From Mobula birostris (taxonomy: Eukaryota), in contig NC_092376.1 of assembly GCF_030028105.1 (NCBI RefSeq), forward strand, positions 144,768,230-144,832,229: a stretch of DNA of 64,000 nucleotides. The letters run 5' to 3'. The position numbers were made by a program, and so were the translations under genes. The stretch's first letter is position 1. Each line of letters starts with the position of its first letter. The notes under the pieces are model-generated. The model was not told where the DNA came from, did no database searches, and saw only the letters and a program-made list of their open reading frames with translations. Below, one piece after another: positions 41,290 through 52,480 of this stretch.

Positions 41290-42000
41290 TCAGGAATTGG
41301 ATTTGTTTTATTATTGCCACATGCATCGAGGTAGAGTGAGAAACTAGTCTTAGATACTATCCATACAAATCACTTCATTACAACAGTTCATTAAGGTAAA
41401 CAATCACAGAATACAGGAAAATAGACAGTACACTACAGTACAGCCTCTTTAGCCCAGGATGATGTGTTGAGTCTTTAACCTACTCTATAATCAATTTAAC
41501 CCTTTCCTCACATATAGACCTCCATTTTTCTTTCATCCATGTATCTAAAAGTCTTGCATGTGCCCTTAATCTATCACGTTGCTGGCAGAGCATTCCTCAC
41601 ACCCAACACTGTACTTAAAAAAATCTCTGAGATGGCCCCTGTACTTGCCTCCAAACACCGTAAAATCATGCACCTTCATATGTAGGGCACAGAATAAAGT
41701 GCAACAGCTACAAATAAAGTGCTGTGCAGATGGACACTGAGGTGCAAGATCATAATGAGGTAAACTGTGAGGTCAGGAGTCCATCTGATAGTGCTAGGAA
41801 ACCATTCAATAATTTTGTAACAGTGGGGTAGAAGTTGTCCTTGGGCCTGGCATTATGTGCTTTCAAGCTTCTGTCTAGTGGGAGAGGGAGGACAGAGACC
41901 ATCCAGGGTAGGTGAGGTCATTGATCTTGCTGGCTGCTTTACTGAAGCAGCGAAATGTATAGACAGAATTCATAGAGGGGAGACTGGTTTGTAAAGATAA
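41290..42000 (-). mobile_element. Old Rex1-type 3' fragment with an embedded CR1 tail (about 41410-41680)
   Basis: Similar to the 3' UTR at 9555-9980, interrupted by a CR1-type tail (actacagtacagcctctttagccc). Confidence 0.55.
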
Positions 42001-42049
42001 AGATTAGGTTTATTTGTCGGATATACATTAAAACACATATACACCCGCC

Positions 42050-44250
42050 TCCTCTTCTTGGACACCTTGGTCTGGTTCTCTGCATGCTCTGGGTATTTTA
42101 ATCCCAAATTGCTGATGAGCGATCTACTGTCTCAACTTCAGCACACCTCTCTACTCCTCAAACTTTACTCCCTATGAACGCACTGCCCTCCACTCTCTCT
42201 GCAGCAATCCTAACCTTACTATCAAATGCAAAATGGAGGCGCTGTGGTAGCATGATCGACTAACCTTTACCTTGTTGAGGCCAGGCGGCAACACTCAGAC
42301 ATCTCCTCATACCTACCCCTTAAAGAGGATCCCGTTCCGGACCAATGGAAAACTGTCTCTGACACCATCATTGGACTCATCAACTCTGGAGGACTGCCAT
42401 TCACTGCCACCAACCTTATAGTTCCCTTGCCCTGCACCGCTCACTTCTACCTCCTACCCAAGACCAACAACCCAGCTGTTGGGGTAGGCCTGTTGTCTCT
42501 GCCTGCTCCTGCCCCATTGAACTCATGCCCTCATACCTCAACTCTATTCTACCCCCCTTGGTTTAGTCCCTTCCCACCTACATTCGCAATACACTTCATG
42601 CTCAATTCCCTGGCCCTGACCACCTCATTTTCGCCATGGATGTCCAGTCTTTATACAGTTCTACCCCCATCAATAAGCTTGCTGCTTCTTTCTCCATAAA
42701 AGAACTAATCAGCTCCCCTCCACCACCACCCTCCCCTGTTTGGCAGAACTGGTCCTTAGACTCAGCAATTTTTCTTTCATCTCCTCCTACTTTTACCAGA
42801 CTTGAGGGGTAGCCATGAACACCTGCATAGGCCCCAGGTATGTCTGTCTTTTCGCTGGCTATGCAGAACAGTCCATATTCCAAGCCTTCCCCGATAACAT
42901 GCCTCAACTCTTCCTTCACTACACTGACGGCTGCTTTGGTGCTGATTCGTGCACTCATGCTGCCTCTAACTTCCACCCTGCCCTAAAACTCACTCGGTCC
43001 ACTTCTGACACCTCCCTCTCCTTTTTCAATCTCTTCCTCTCCATCTATGGAGACAAGCTGGCGACGTGCATCTTTTATAAACCCAACGATTCCCATGATT
43101 ATCTTGACTTTACCTCTTCCCACCCTTCCTCCTGTAAAAATGCTACTCCGTTTTCTCAGTTCCTTTGTCCTCACCACATCTGTTCCCAGGATGAGGCTTT
43201 CCTTTCCAGGATGTCAAAGATGCCCTCTTTCATCAAAGAACAGGGTTTTCCTTCCTCCATTGTTGATACTGCCCTCAACTGCATCGCCTCCATTTCTCAA
43301 ACATCCACACTCACCCCCATCTTCCCGCCTCCCTTACAGTGATAGAGTTCCTTTTTCCTTATCTATGCATCCATCACATCATCCTCCATAACATCCGTCA
43401 TCTCTAAAGGGATCCTACACCAAACATATCTGTACTGGGTTTCTTTTTTGTTAATTTAAAATTAAAAGGCTTCGTTGTTATGTTAATCTTTCAAGCTGCT
43501 GCATATGTGAATTAAAATGGCTTCTATGTTATGTTAAATGCTGAGAAAGTCTCTGGCTAGCAATTTGCTTGGGTTATAACAGATAGCAGATGTACTATCA
43601 GCCAATGGGTATCCATGTTATTCTTTCTTGGGGTGATGTGCTGTCTCATATGGCTGGGAACCAGGGGCTTTTGGGGGGGGGGGGGGGAAGAGTAGGAGGA
43701 GAGACCGTGAGGACGACGGACGTGCGGGGAAAGCTCAGGTTGATCATTCCGGATGGTCCCGAGCTGCGAGTCGACGGGTTCAGAGTGGTCCCAAAGAGGT
43801 CCCCGAGCTCCAACGTGTGCACAAAGAAATTGAACTTTGATAAGTCTGGCACCTTTTCCATTCCTTTTTTTTGTATTGAACTTCTATTAATCTCATAGAT
43901 TTAGTAATATCTATAAAGTGTAATTGGTAAAACGTACATTGTGTGCTGGCTGATGATTGATGTTTGAAGCTGAATCAGGTGGCAGTTGTACAGCAACCAA
44001 CATAACCAGGAGACCAGGCGGGCGGGGTTTCCCCGAGATAAATACGAGCCAATATAGCTGAGCGTTACATATCTTTATGCCACCCCACCCCTATCTTCTA
44101 CAGGGATCACTCCCTCTGTGATTACTTGTCCATTCATCCCTCCCCACTAATCTCCCGCCCAGCACTTATATCTGTTAAGCAGCCAAAATGCTACACCTGC
44201 CCATTCACCTCCATTCAGAGCCCCAAATAGTCCTTCCAGGTGAGGCATTG
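42050..44250 (+). mobile_element. Decayed Penelope-like element RT region, interrupted by a solo LTR
   Basis: FYLLPK, GVAM.T.IGP.Y.CLF, HYTDG (decayed YIDD) and FYKPNDSHDYLDFTSSHP..CKNA.PFSQFL (ORFs 42427 and 42815). Confidence 0.85.
43431..44069 (+). mobile_element. Solo LTR (639 bp) with 4-bp target-site duplication
   Basis: Begins TGTA, ends TACA, flanked by TATC at 43427-43430 and 44070-44073. The Penelope sequence resumes afterwards. Strand uncertain. Confidence 0.8.
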
Positions 44251-44849
44251 TTAGGTCTCCCCTCTCGCTGTGAAATGGGGACATTTCTTTTTCCCTTATT
44301 TGGGAGAGAGCCTGTGGTATGTCGAATTACCGGGTAAACGAGTAGTCTTTGGGGTACTGCAAGTCTGTGTCTTTATTGATGCTTTACTGCACACTTGAGT
44401 GCTCGGTGGGGGGAGCCGATGTTTTTTTTTGCTGAGGGGGTCATTGCTTTGTTTCTGTTTATGCGTGGGTGGGGGAGCTGGGTGGGACTTTGGGGTTTTA
44501 ACATTTAACTGTCATTCATTCTTTGAGGCACTTCTCTGTTTTCATGGATGGTTGCGAAGAAAAAGAATTTCAGGATGTATATTGTATACATTTCTCTGAG
44601 ATTAGGTGTACCTTTGAAACCCATACAGTCAAGGGGAGAACATACAAGCTCATTACAGACAGCAGCAGATATTGAACCCTGGCATTACACTAAGTGCCAG
44701 GCTAACATGCCACCACATTCCCTTGTTCTGATGGCAACTCTTCGATCTGAAATGTCTGTTTCTCTTTTCCCAGATGCTGCCTGATCTGTTGAGGATTTTC
44801 TATTTTATATCATGTTCGTGTAATAATGAAGACTTTATACTTCTGCTTC

Positions 44850-45140
44850 CATAACATTGTCCAAGTGTGCACCTACCTCAGCTCGCTGGCTGCTGAAAAC
44901 TTATTCATGCCAAGGTTCTCTTAAGAAATATTCCAAAGCACCCCTGGCTTCGCTCATTTATTCTACCCTCTGTTAAGATTTAACCCTCTGCATTCAGTTT
45001 CACTCCCTCATCACCTGTGCTTCATGAGCGATGCTAGCCTTTGGCTTAATAACGCCCAAGTTTTAAATTTCTCATTTTAGTTTGAAAAAAATATTCAAAG
45101 CTCTAACCGCTCTCTCTATCTCAGCAATTGCCTCTAGCTT
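44850..45140 (+). mobile_element. Ancient L2-type LINE 3' fragment
   Basis: Decayed IVQVCTYLSSLAAE..IHA and PVLHE..FKFLILV motifs resembling the L2 ORF2 C-terminus. Confidence 0.5.
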
Positions 45141-45374
45141 TATAATAAGAGAAATCGTCCCTCTTTCCTATCTGGCTTTCTGAACATTCCTATATTTATC
45201 TCCATTATGGTTATTTCTTGCCTTTTGATTATTCCTGTACTTAACTCCTGTCTCTCTGTTACCATGAACTCCCTCTCTTGATCCTCTCTAGCTCGCTTTC
45301 CTAATTTAGGGTGCTTCTTAAAATTTTCCTCTTCAAACAAGATTTGGTCATCTAGGTACTTTAATTGACTGCAG

Positions 45375-47090
45375 CTCAGCATTCAACATTATCATCCCCT
45401 CAAAGTTCATCACTAAGCTTCAAGACCTAGGCCTCCATACCTCCCTGTGCAACTGGATCCTCGATCTCCTCACTGGCAGATCCCAGTTAGTATGGATTGG
45501 CAACATTTACTTTCTCCATATTCATCACCAGCACAAGTGCACCAGAGCTGCGTGCTTTACTCACTTTATACTAATGATTGTGTGCATAAGCACAGCTCAA
45601 ATACCATATTTAATTTTGCTGACACACCACTGCTGTTGGCTGAATCAAAGATGGTGACGAATCAGTATATAGGAGGGAGACTGAAGTAGGAGGGAGGCTT
45701 GAGTGGTGCCTCAGCAACAACCTCTCACTCAACATCAGCAAAACTAAAGAGTTAATTATTGACTACAGGAGGAAGAAGCCAGAGGTCCATGAGCCAGCCC
45801 TAATTAGGGGATCAGAGGTGGGGAGGGTCAGAAGCTTTTAACTTGTCTTGGGACTAGTACGTAATACTGGCTGTCTCGGTTCCTAAGGTTGTCATAGCTG
45901 GGGTGGTAGCTCCCACTACCTATAAAGTGCTCCAAATGGCGTGCATCACTAACAGCCTCTGACAACCAAGTCCAACTCTTGGCCTTCACGTTTGGCTTAG
46001 CTACTAGGCCCATCAGAACTGTTTCTACTGATAAGAGAAGGGGCAAAGGCGGACCACTGGCGCCTCAAAACCAGTTGCTTTGGGCAGGTGGGGTTTGTCA
46101 GCCTTGGACAGGAGCCTGCTTAGGAAAAGGAAAACTCTGATTTTAAACCTCCGCTGCCTTGCAGTCATACCCACCCATGGGAAAGGCTTCAGGAGTAAAC
46201 CCTGAGGAAGAAATCCAGAGCCGGGGACCCTAAGGCAATCTGATGTTGTTTACAACTTCACTCTGGCAACCTCTGCGACGTCACTGGTGCCGAGCTGTAT
46301 CGGCGCTTGCCCTTCCCTTGGACTACATCAGTGACGTGGAGATGGGGAGCCCAATGCATAGGCAACAGCCGGTTCTTCAAATCTTCCCACCCAGGCCTGC
46401 GCAGTCCACCAGAGGCACAAACCCATGATCCCATGGGATCGACGGCTGCCTACTCAAAGTATATAATGCATTATAATACATCCACTGTCTGAGAATTTTG
46501 CCCAGACTCGGCATGTCATCTGAAACTTTGATAAAGTTCTATAGAGGCACAGTGTAGAGTATCCTAACTGTTGCAACACAGCATGATGTATAAAGCACAA
46601 ATGCCCAGGAACAGAAAAGAAGGTAGTAGATACAGCCCAGTCCATCACAGATAAAGGCCTGCACAGCATTGAGTACAATTACATGGAGGGCCGCCACAAG
46701 AAAACGTCTGTCATCAAAGACCCCCACCACTCAGGCCATGCCCTCGTATTGCTGCTACCACTGGGCAGGAGGTGCAGAAACCTTATGTCCACAACACCAG
46801 GTTCAGAAGAGTTATTACTCTACAACCATTAGGCTCCTGAACCAGGGTCGATAACTTCATTCAACACTACTCTCAACTGACTCTGTCACCTACAGACTCA
46901 CTTTCAAGGACTCTTTACAACTCACGTTCTCAGTATTACTTTGTATTTGCACAGTTTGTCTTCTTTTGCACATTGGTTGGATGTCAGTCTTCGTCTATTG
47001 TAGTTTTTCCTGCAAGAAAATGATTTTTCAAGGTCGTATATGGTAAGATATACAGACACTAATAATAAATTTACTTGGAACTTGAATATT
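45375..47090 (+). mobile_element. Rex1/Babar LINE fragment split by an insertion at 45866-46457
   Basis: [44 protein letters not shown] and a tail aataaatttacttggaacttgaa. Confidence 0.8.
45866..46457 (+). mobile_element. Non-coding SINE-like retroposon, probably RTE-derived, with ~10-bp target-site duplication
   Basis: Flanks AGTACGTAAT (45856-45865) and AGTATATAAT (46458-46467) differ only at a CpG. Contains taggaaaaggaaaactctgattttaaacc, a motif I associate with RTE-clade 5' UTRs. Confidence 0.6.
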
Positions 47091-47179
47091 CCAGAAGGCA
47101 TTTGGCATGCTTGCCTCATTGGTCAGGATTTAAAAACAGGAGTTGGAATGTCATGTAACAGCTGTGCAAGACTCTGCAC

Positions 47180-47690
47180 AGTACTCTGAATGTTGCCTCT
47201 GGTCAACCTTCAATTGGGAGAATGCCTTCAAAATGGAATAAAAAATACAAGGATGTTATCAGGACTGAAGGGTTTGAATTATAAGGAGCAGCTGGTAGGC
47301 TATGACATTCCCCACACCCCCCTTGAGTATAGGACACTGAGGAGTGACATTATAAAGGTTTACAAAATCAAAAGGGGCATAGATAAGGCAAATTGTCACC
47401 ATATTTCCCCATGGTAAGAGAGTCCAGAACTATAAGGCATAGGTTTAAAATTAGACAAGAAAGATTTAAAATGGACTTGAGTGGCAATTTTTTCATAAAG
47501 AGGCTACTGCATACATGGAATGTAGCAGTAAAATTATGGCATTTAGAAGACATTTGCACAGATACATTGTAGGAAAGGTTTAGAGGAATATGGACCAAAT
47601 GCAGGCAAACAGGACTATCTTAGTTCGGCAACATGGTCAGCATGAAAGGCTGAAGGGTCTGTTTTTCATGTTGTATAGCTCTTTGACTAC
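47180..47690 (+). mobile_element. Old CR1 3' fragment
   Basis: TRMLSGLKGLNYKE..LRSDIIKVYKIKRGIDK (ORF 47190). Confidence 0.7.
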
Positions 47691-47944
47691 GTTTTGCTAC
47701 ATTAAGCATGCTACTTTAATAAAAATTATTATACTGATACCAAAGTATCTAACATTTGCCCCCATACAGTTGAATTAAAATCCAAATTTAAGTGATGGCA
47801 ATTTTGATGTTTGTGTCAAATGGCAATATCTATATTAGTCAGTGTATGCAGGACTGGTTTAAATGTAGTTTTGCACATCTGTTGGGAAAGAAGCTACATG
47901 AAATCAGATTTATAATACATAGTGCCCAATATTAGACTCCATTG

Positions 47945-48036
47945 TGCTGAAGGATCTCAGCCCGAAACGTCAACAATACTCTTTTCCATAGATGCTGCCT
48001 GGCCTGCTGAGTTCCTCCAGCATTTTGTGTGTGTTG
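47945..48036 (+). mobile_element. Penelope terminal-repeat fragment with half a hammerhead core
   Basis: gaaggatctcagcccGAAACGTC followed by the family repeat; the CTGANGA box is damaged. Confidence 0.65.
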
Positions 48037-48561
48037 ATTAGACTCCATAGTCTGAATTGAAAAGCAGGCATCTGCTATTGCTGATAGCCATACCTGCTTT
48101 ATCACTTTGCCCTCACCACTGAGAAATTTCACTGTCTGACAAATCACTGCCACAATTGCAAACTGAGGCAAGAAAGGGAGACTGAAAAGGTTTGCACGGA
48201 CAAATGCCTGACAGTTCTCTATAACTAAAAACATTAACAGTTGACAATATTTATTGAAGAACACTATGAAAAAGGAAAATGTGCTCAATGAGCTTGCACA
48301 TTCCAATTTCCTTGAGGTCCGGCATGAAGTATATGTAGTGCATGACATTCAGAGACTCAGTGAATACTACAGTCTCATGGATGATAGGTCAATATTCCCA
48401 TGATGCATCTAGTTGGTTTACACCACAAGCACAGTTGTTCCAAGATTAGACAAGGGTTTCATTCCTGACAACCATCCATAACCCAATTTCTCCTTAAGTG
48501 AGAAGCATGCTTTTTCTATAGTTACCCTATTGGTATTACTGAACATGTACTTGGTATTTAA

Positions 48562-49238
48562 AAACGTAAACACGAGGAATTCTGCAGATGCTGGAAATTC
48601 AAGCAACACACATCAAAGTTGCTGGTGAACGCAGCAGGCCAGGCAGCATCTCTAGGAAGAGGTACAGTCGATGTTTCGGGCCGAGACCCTTCGTCAGGAC
48701 TAACGGAAGGAAGAGCTTGTAAGAGATTTGAAAGTGTGAGGGGAGGGGGGGGATCCAAAATGATAGGAGAAGACAGGAGGGGGAGGGATGGAGCTAAGAG
48801 CGCGATAGGTGATTGGCAAAAGGGATATGAGAAGATCATGGGACAGGAGGCCCAGGGAGAAGGAAAGGCGGGGGGGGGGGAACCCAGAGGATGGGCAAGG
48901 GGTATAGTCAGAGGGACAGAGGGAGAAAAAGTTGAGAGAGAGAAAGAATGTGTGTATATAAATAAATAACGGATGGGGTACCAGGGGGAGGTGGGGCATT
49001 AGCACAAGTTAGAGAAGGCAATGTTCATGCCATCAGGTTGGAGGCTACCCAGACAGAATATGAGGTGTTGTTCCTCCAACCTGAGTGTGGCTTCATCTTT
49101 ACAGTAGAGGAGGCCGTGGATAGACATATCAGAATGGAAATGGGATGTGGAATTAAAATGTGTGGCCACTGGGAAATATCTCTTCCTAGAGATGCTGCCT
49201 AGCCTGCTGCATTCACCAGCAAATTTGATGTGTGTTGC
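48562..49238 (-). mobile_element. 5'-truncated Penelope-like element with an inverted partial terminal repeat
   Basis: GIY-YIG C-terminus (PVATHFNSTSH.HSDMSIHGL..LRLEEQHLIF.LGSLQPDGMN), the 3' repeat with hammerhead, and an inverted 62-bp copy of 48603-48664 at 49177-49238. Confidence 0.9.
48665..48702 (-). ncRNA. Minimal hammerhead ribozyme (near intact)
   Basis: UAGUC-CUGACGA-A-GGGU(CUCG)GCCC-GAAA-C-AUC^-GACUG; the ACGU palindrome has become ACAU. Confidence 0.7.
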
Positions 49239-49559
49239 ATGCACTTGGTATAGTTGTCTTTGAATATTCATCCTTAGACCACCCATAATTAAGCTAAAGA
49301 AATTAATACTGTATCCAATGATGAATGAATACAAAGCTTTATTATTACTACATTGAAAATGTTTCAGATATGTACGGGAGAATTTGAGTATGTCAAATGT
49401 CCATAATTCAGGTCATCCGTAACCTGAGAAGGTGGGCAAGATGACACCAGCAACCAACAGCAATGTTTTTGCAGACAGCGCACAGAACTACAAGATACTC
49501 TAGCATCTATACTTCTTGGGAACTGTGATCACTGCAGTCTGTCATTTCCATTTTAAGAA

Positions 49560-50340
49560 TGTACTTTAGAGCCAACTTTGCAGTCTCCTGGGGGACTCGG
49601 CAAACAAAACTCTTGAGAGCGCTGCTATGGCAAGGGAGGCCATCACTGGTGGTGGACGCTGCATAGCGACCTGATAGCAGAACACAAACCAGTGGTCAGC
49701 TTCATTTCTCTGCGCGGAGCAAGATTAAAATTGTCGAGGGTGATAGCGGAAATCGAACAGGTGTTCAGTTCCTTTGCTTGTGTTTGACCGGTCTCCCTCT
49801 TTCCTCACTACTACAGCCAGCCGAGGGGTGCAGGGGTCTTGGGTCTCCCACCACCAGGTTTGGGAGCAGTCGTTGCCCTGCAGCCATCAGGTTCCTGGAC
49901 CGGATTCACTTACCTCAGTGCTGGACGGGCTTCGCAGCTGTGGGCTCACTTTCAGGGGCTTGGCACTTTATGTTTATGTGTTTTTTGTTACTTTTTTTTT
50001 TACTATCTGCATGATTTGATCAAGGCATTTCTGCACTGAACTCAGCACTGAAGCTGTAGCTGTGGCCTGCAACCACTGGCATTCCCCTCAGCACTGAACT
50101 GGCCCTGTGGCTGTGGACTCACTTTTGGGGACTCTGTGGTTAATATTCCATGTGTTATCTGTTTACTTTTATTTGTTTGCATGATATGTTCTTTTTTCAC
50201 ACGTTGGGTGTTTGATGATTTATATTGTGTGCGTTTTCTTAAATTTTTCTTCATTTTTGTGGCTGCCAGCAAAAAGCTGAATCACAAAGTTGTATATGGT
50301 ATACATACTTAGATAATAACCGTACTTTTCACTTTGACCT
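49560..50340 (+). mobile_element. Non-autonomous Rex1-related repeat fragments
   Basis: Contains ccaccaccaggtttgggagcagt...gccatcaggttcctg (Rex1 ORF end) and a Rex1-type tail gataataaccgtacttttcactttga. Confidence 0.45.
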
Positions 50341-50899
50341 ATACTCAAGTTTGACAAAATAGTTGTAAAATATTGCAGAACAACCTATGATCTTTAGAAA
50401 CATGGATAAAACCACTGAAGTGTTGAGTGATTGAGTGACAGTTACACAATGCATTCACAACCTTGGTTTAGCCAGGCTTCCAAAGGAATAAATATCTAAA
50501 TAGTTGCTCAATGTGTGAATTTACTCAAGCATTCATCTGAACTAGCATTCTCTTACTTTTCTTTCCTAGCCTATTTATAATTTGCAACCAAATTTAGTGC
50601 AAAATATTATTTCAAGGCATGGTTACATCTTTCAAAGCAGCATAATCTGTCATCTGATTTAGTTAATGCTAATATTTTGCTGATAACAAATTGGGAGACA
50701 AAAGGAGCAAATGACAGCTCATTATTAGGTGAACAAATGGATCAAACTGGGCTTTGTGAAACTAAATACACTGTGCTGGTTATTTTTGCACATCTTCAAC
50801 TTCTCAATTTTTAAGATACTTCAGATGCTGAATCCTAGTGTTTCTGCTTAATGGACAAAAATATCAAACTATCAAATATAAAAAAAAATCAAATATATC

Positions 50900-52480
50900 A
50901 ACATGCAAGCGATCTTCAGGAGGGTGAACCCACAAAAAACATTCAGCCCAGATGGGGTACCTGACCAAGTACTAAAGACCTGTGCCGATCAACTGGCTGG
51001 AGTGTTCCCTGACCAGTCTGAGGTACCCACCTGCTTCAAACAGGCTTCAGTTGATACTGGTGCTAAGAAGAACATGGTAACCTGGCTCAATAAGTATCGT
51101 CCAGAAGCGCTTACATCCACAATGATGAAATGTTTGAAAGGTTGGTGATGAACCATATCAACTCCTGCCTGGCAAGTGACCTCGATCCACTCCAATTTGC
51201 CTACTGAAGCAACAGGACCACAGCAGATGCCATCTCACTGGCTTGTCACTCAGCCTGGGAAGATCTGGACAGCAAAGGTGCTTACATCAGGATGCTCTTT
51301 ATCAACTACAGTTGGACATTCAATGCCATCACCCCCTCAAAACTAATGAATATGCTTCAAGACCTTGGCCTCAATACCTCCTTGTGCAATTGGGTCCCCA
51401 GTTTTCTCACTTGCAGACCCCAGTCAGATCAGATTGGCAACATCATCTCCTTAACAATCACCATCAGCACAGGGAAACCACAAGGCTGTGTGCTTACCAC
51501 CCCCCCCCCCAACTCTACTCGCTTTACAATTATGACTATGGTTAAGCACAGCTCCAATGCCAGACTCAAATTTGCTGAGAATGTCACTGCCATAGCCCAA
51601 GTCAAAGGTGGTGATGAATAAGCATATAGGAGGAAGACTGGAAATCTGGCAGAGTGGTGCCATAACAATAACCTCTTATTCAGTATCAGCAAGACTGAGG
51701 AGCTGACTATTATCTACAGCAGGAGGAAACCAAAGGGTCCTGAGCCAGTCATCATCAGAGGATCTCAGCAACTTTAAACTTCTCTGTGTTATTATTCTGG
51801 ATGACCTGTCCGGGGCCCAGCACACAAGTGCAAAGATGAAGAAAGCTCAGCAGCGCCTCTACTTCCTTAGGAGTCTGCAGAGGTCCAGCACAACATCGAA
51901 ATCTTTGACAAACTTCTACAGACGTGTAGTGGAGAGCGTATTGCCTCGCTGCGTCACAGCCTGGTATGGAAAGATCAATGCTCTTGAATGGAAAGTCCGA
52001 CGAAAAGTAGTGAATACAGCCCAGTTCATCGTGGGTAAAACCCTCCCACCACTGAGCACACCTACATGGAGTGCTGTTGCAGGAAAGCAGCATCGATCAT
52101 CAGGGACCCCACCACCCAGGTCATGCCCTCTTCTCACTGCCACCATCAAGCAGGTGGTACTACAGCATCAGGTTCAGGAACGGTTATTACCCTTCAACCA
52201 CCAGGCTCCTGAACCAAAGAAGATGTTCCCACAACCCACGGACTCACTTTCAGAGACACTCCATCTCATGATCTTGATATTCATTGCTTATTTATTAATA
52301 TTAATTCTTTCCTTGTATTTGCGCAGTTTGTCATCTTGGATGCCCAAGTTGGTGCAGTCTTTTGTTGATTCTATTATGGTTGTTATTCTATTATAGATTA
52401 ATTGAGTATGCCCACAAGAAAACAAATATGGTGACATATATGTAGTTTGGTAATAAATTTACTTTGAGTTTCAACTTTGA
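50900..52480 (+). mobile_element. Rex1/Babar LINE RT fragment
   Basis: PDGVP..VLKTCADQLAGVF, YRP.ALTS..MKC, STGKPQGCVL and KKAQQRLYFLR; tail aataaatttactttgagtttcaactttga. Confidence 0.85.

Noticed and set aside
45970-46045. Twister ribozyme (GCCC ... GAGAAGGGG resemblance)
   Set aside because: The would-be L4 forms a simple hairpin (GGCTTAG/CTAGGCC) and the register does not place the catalytic G; an HDV-like fold fits better.
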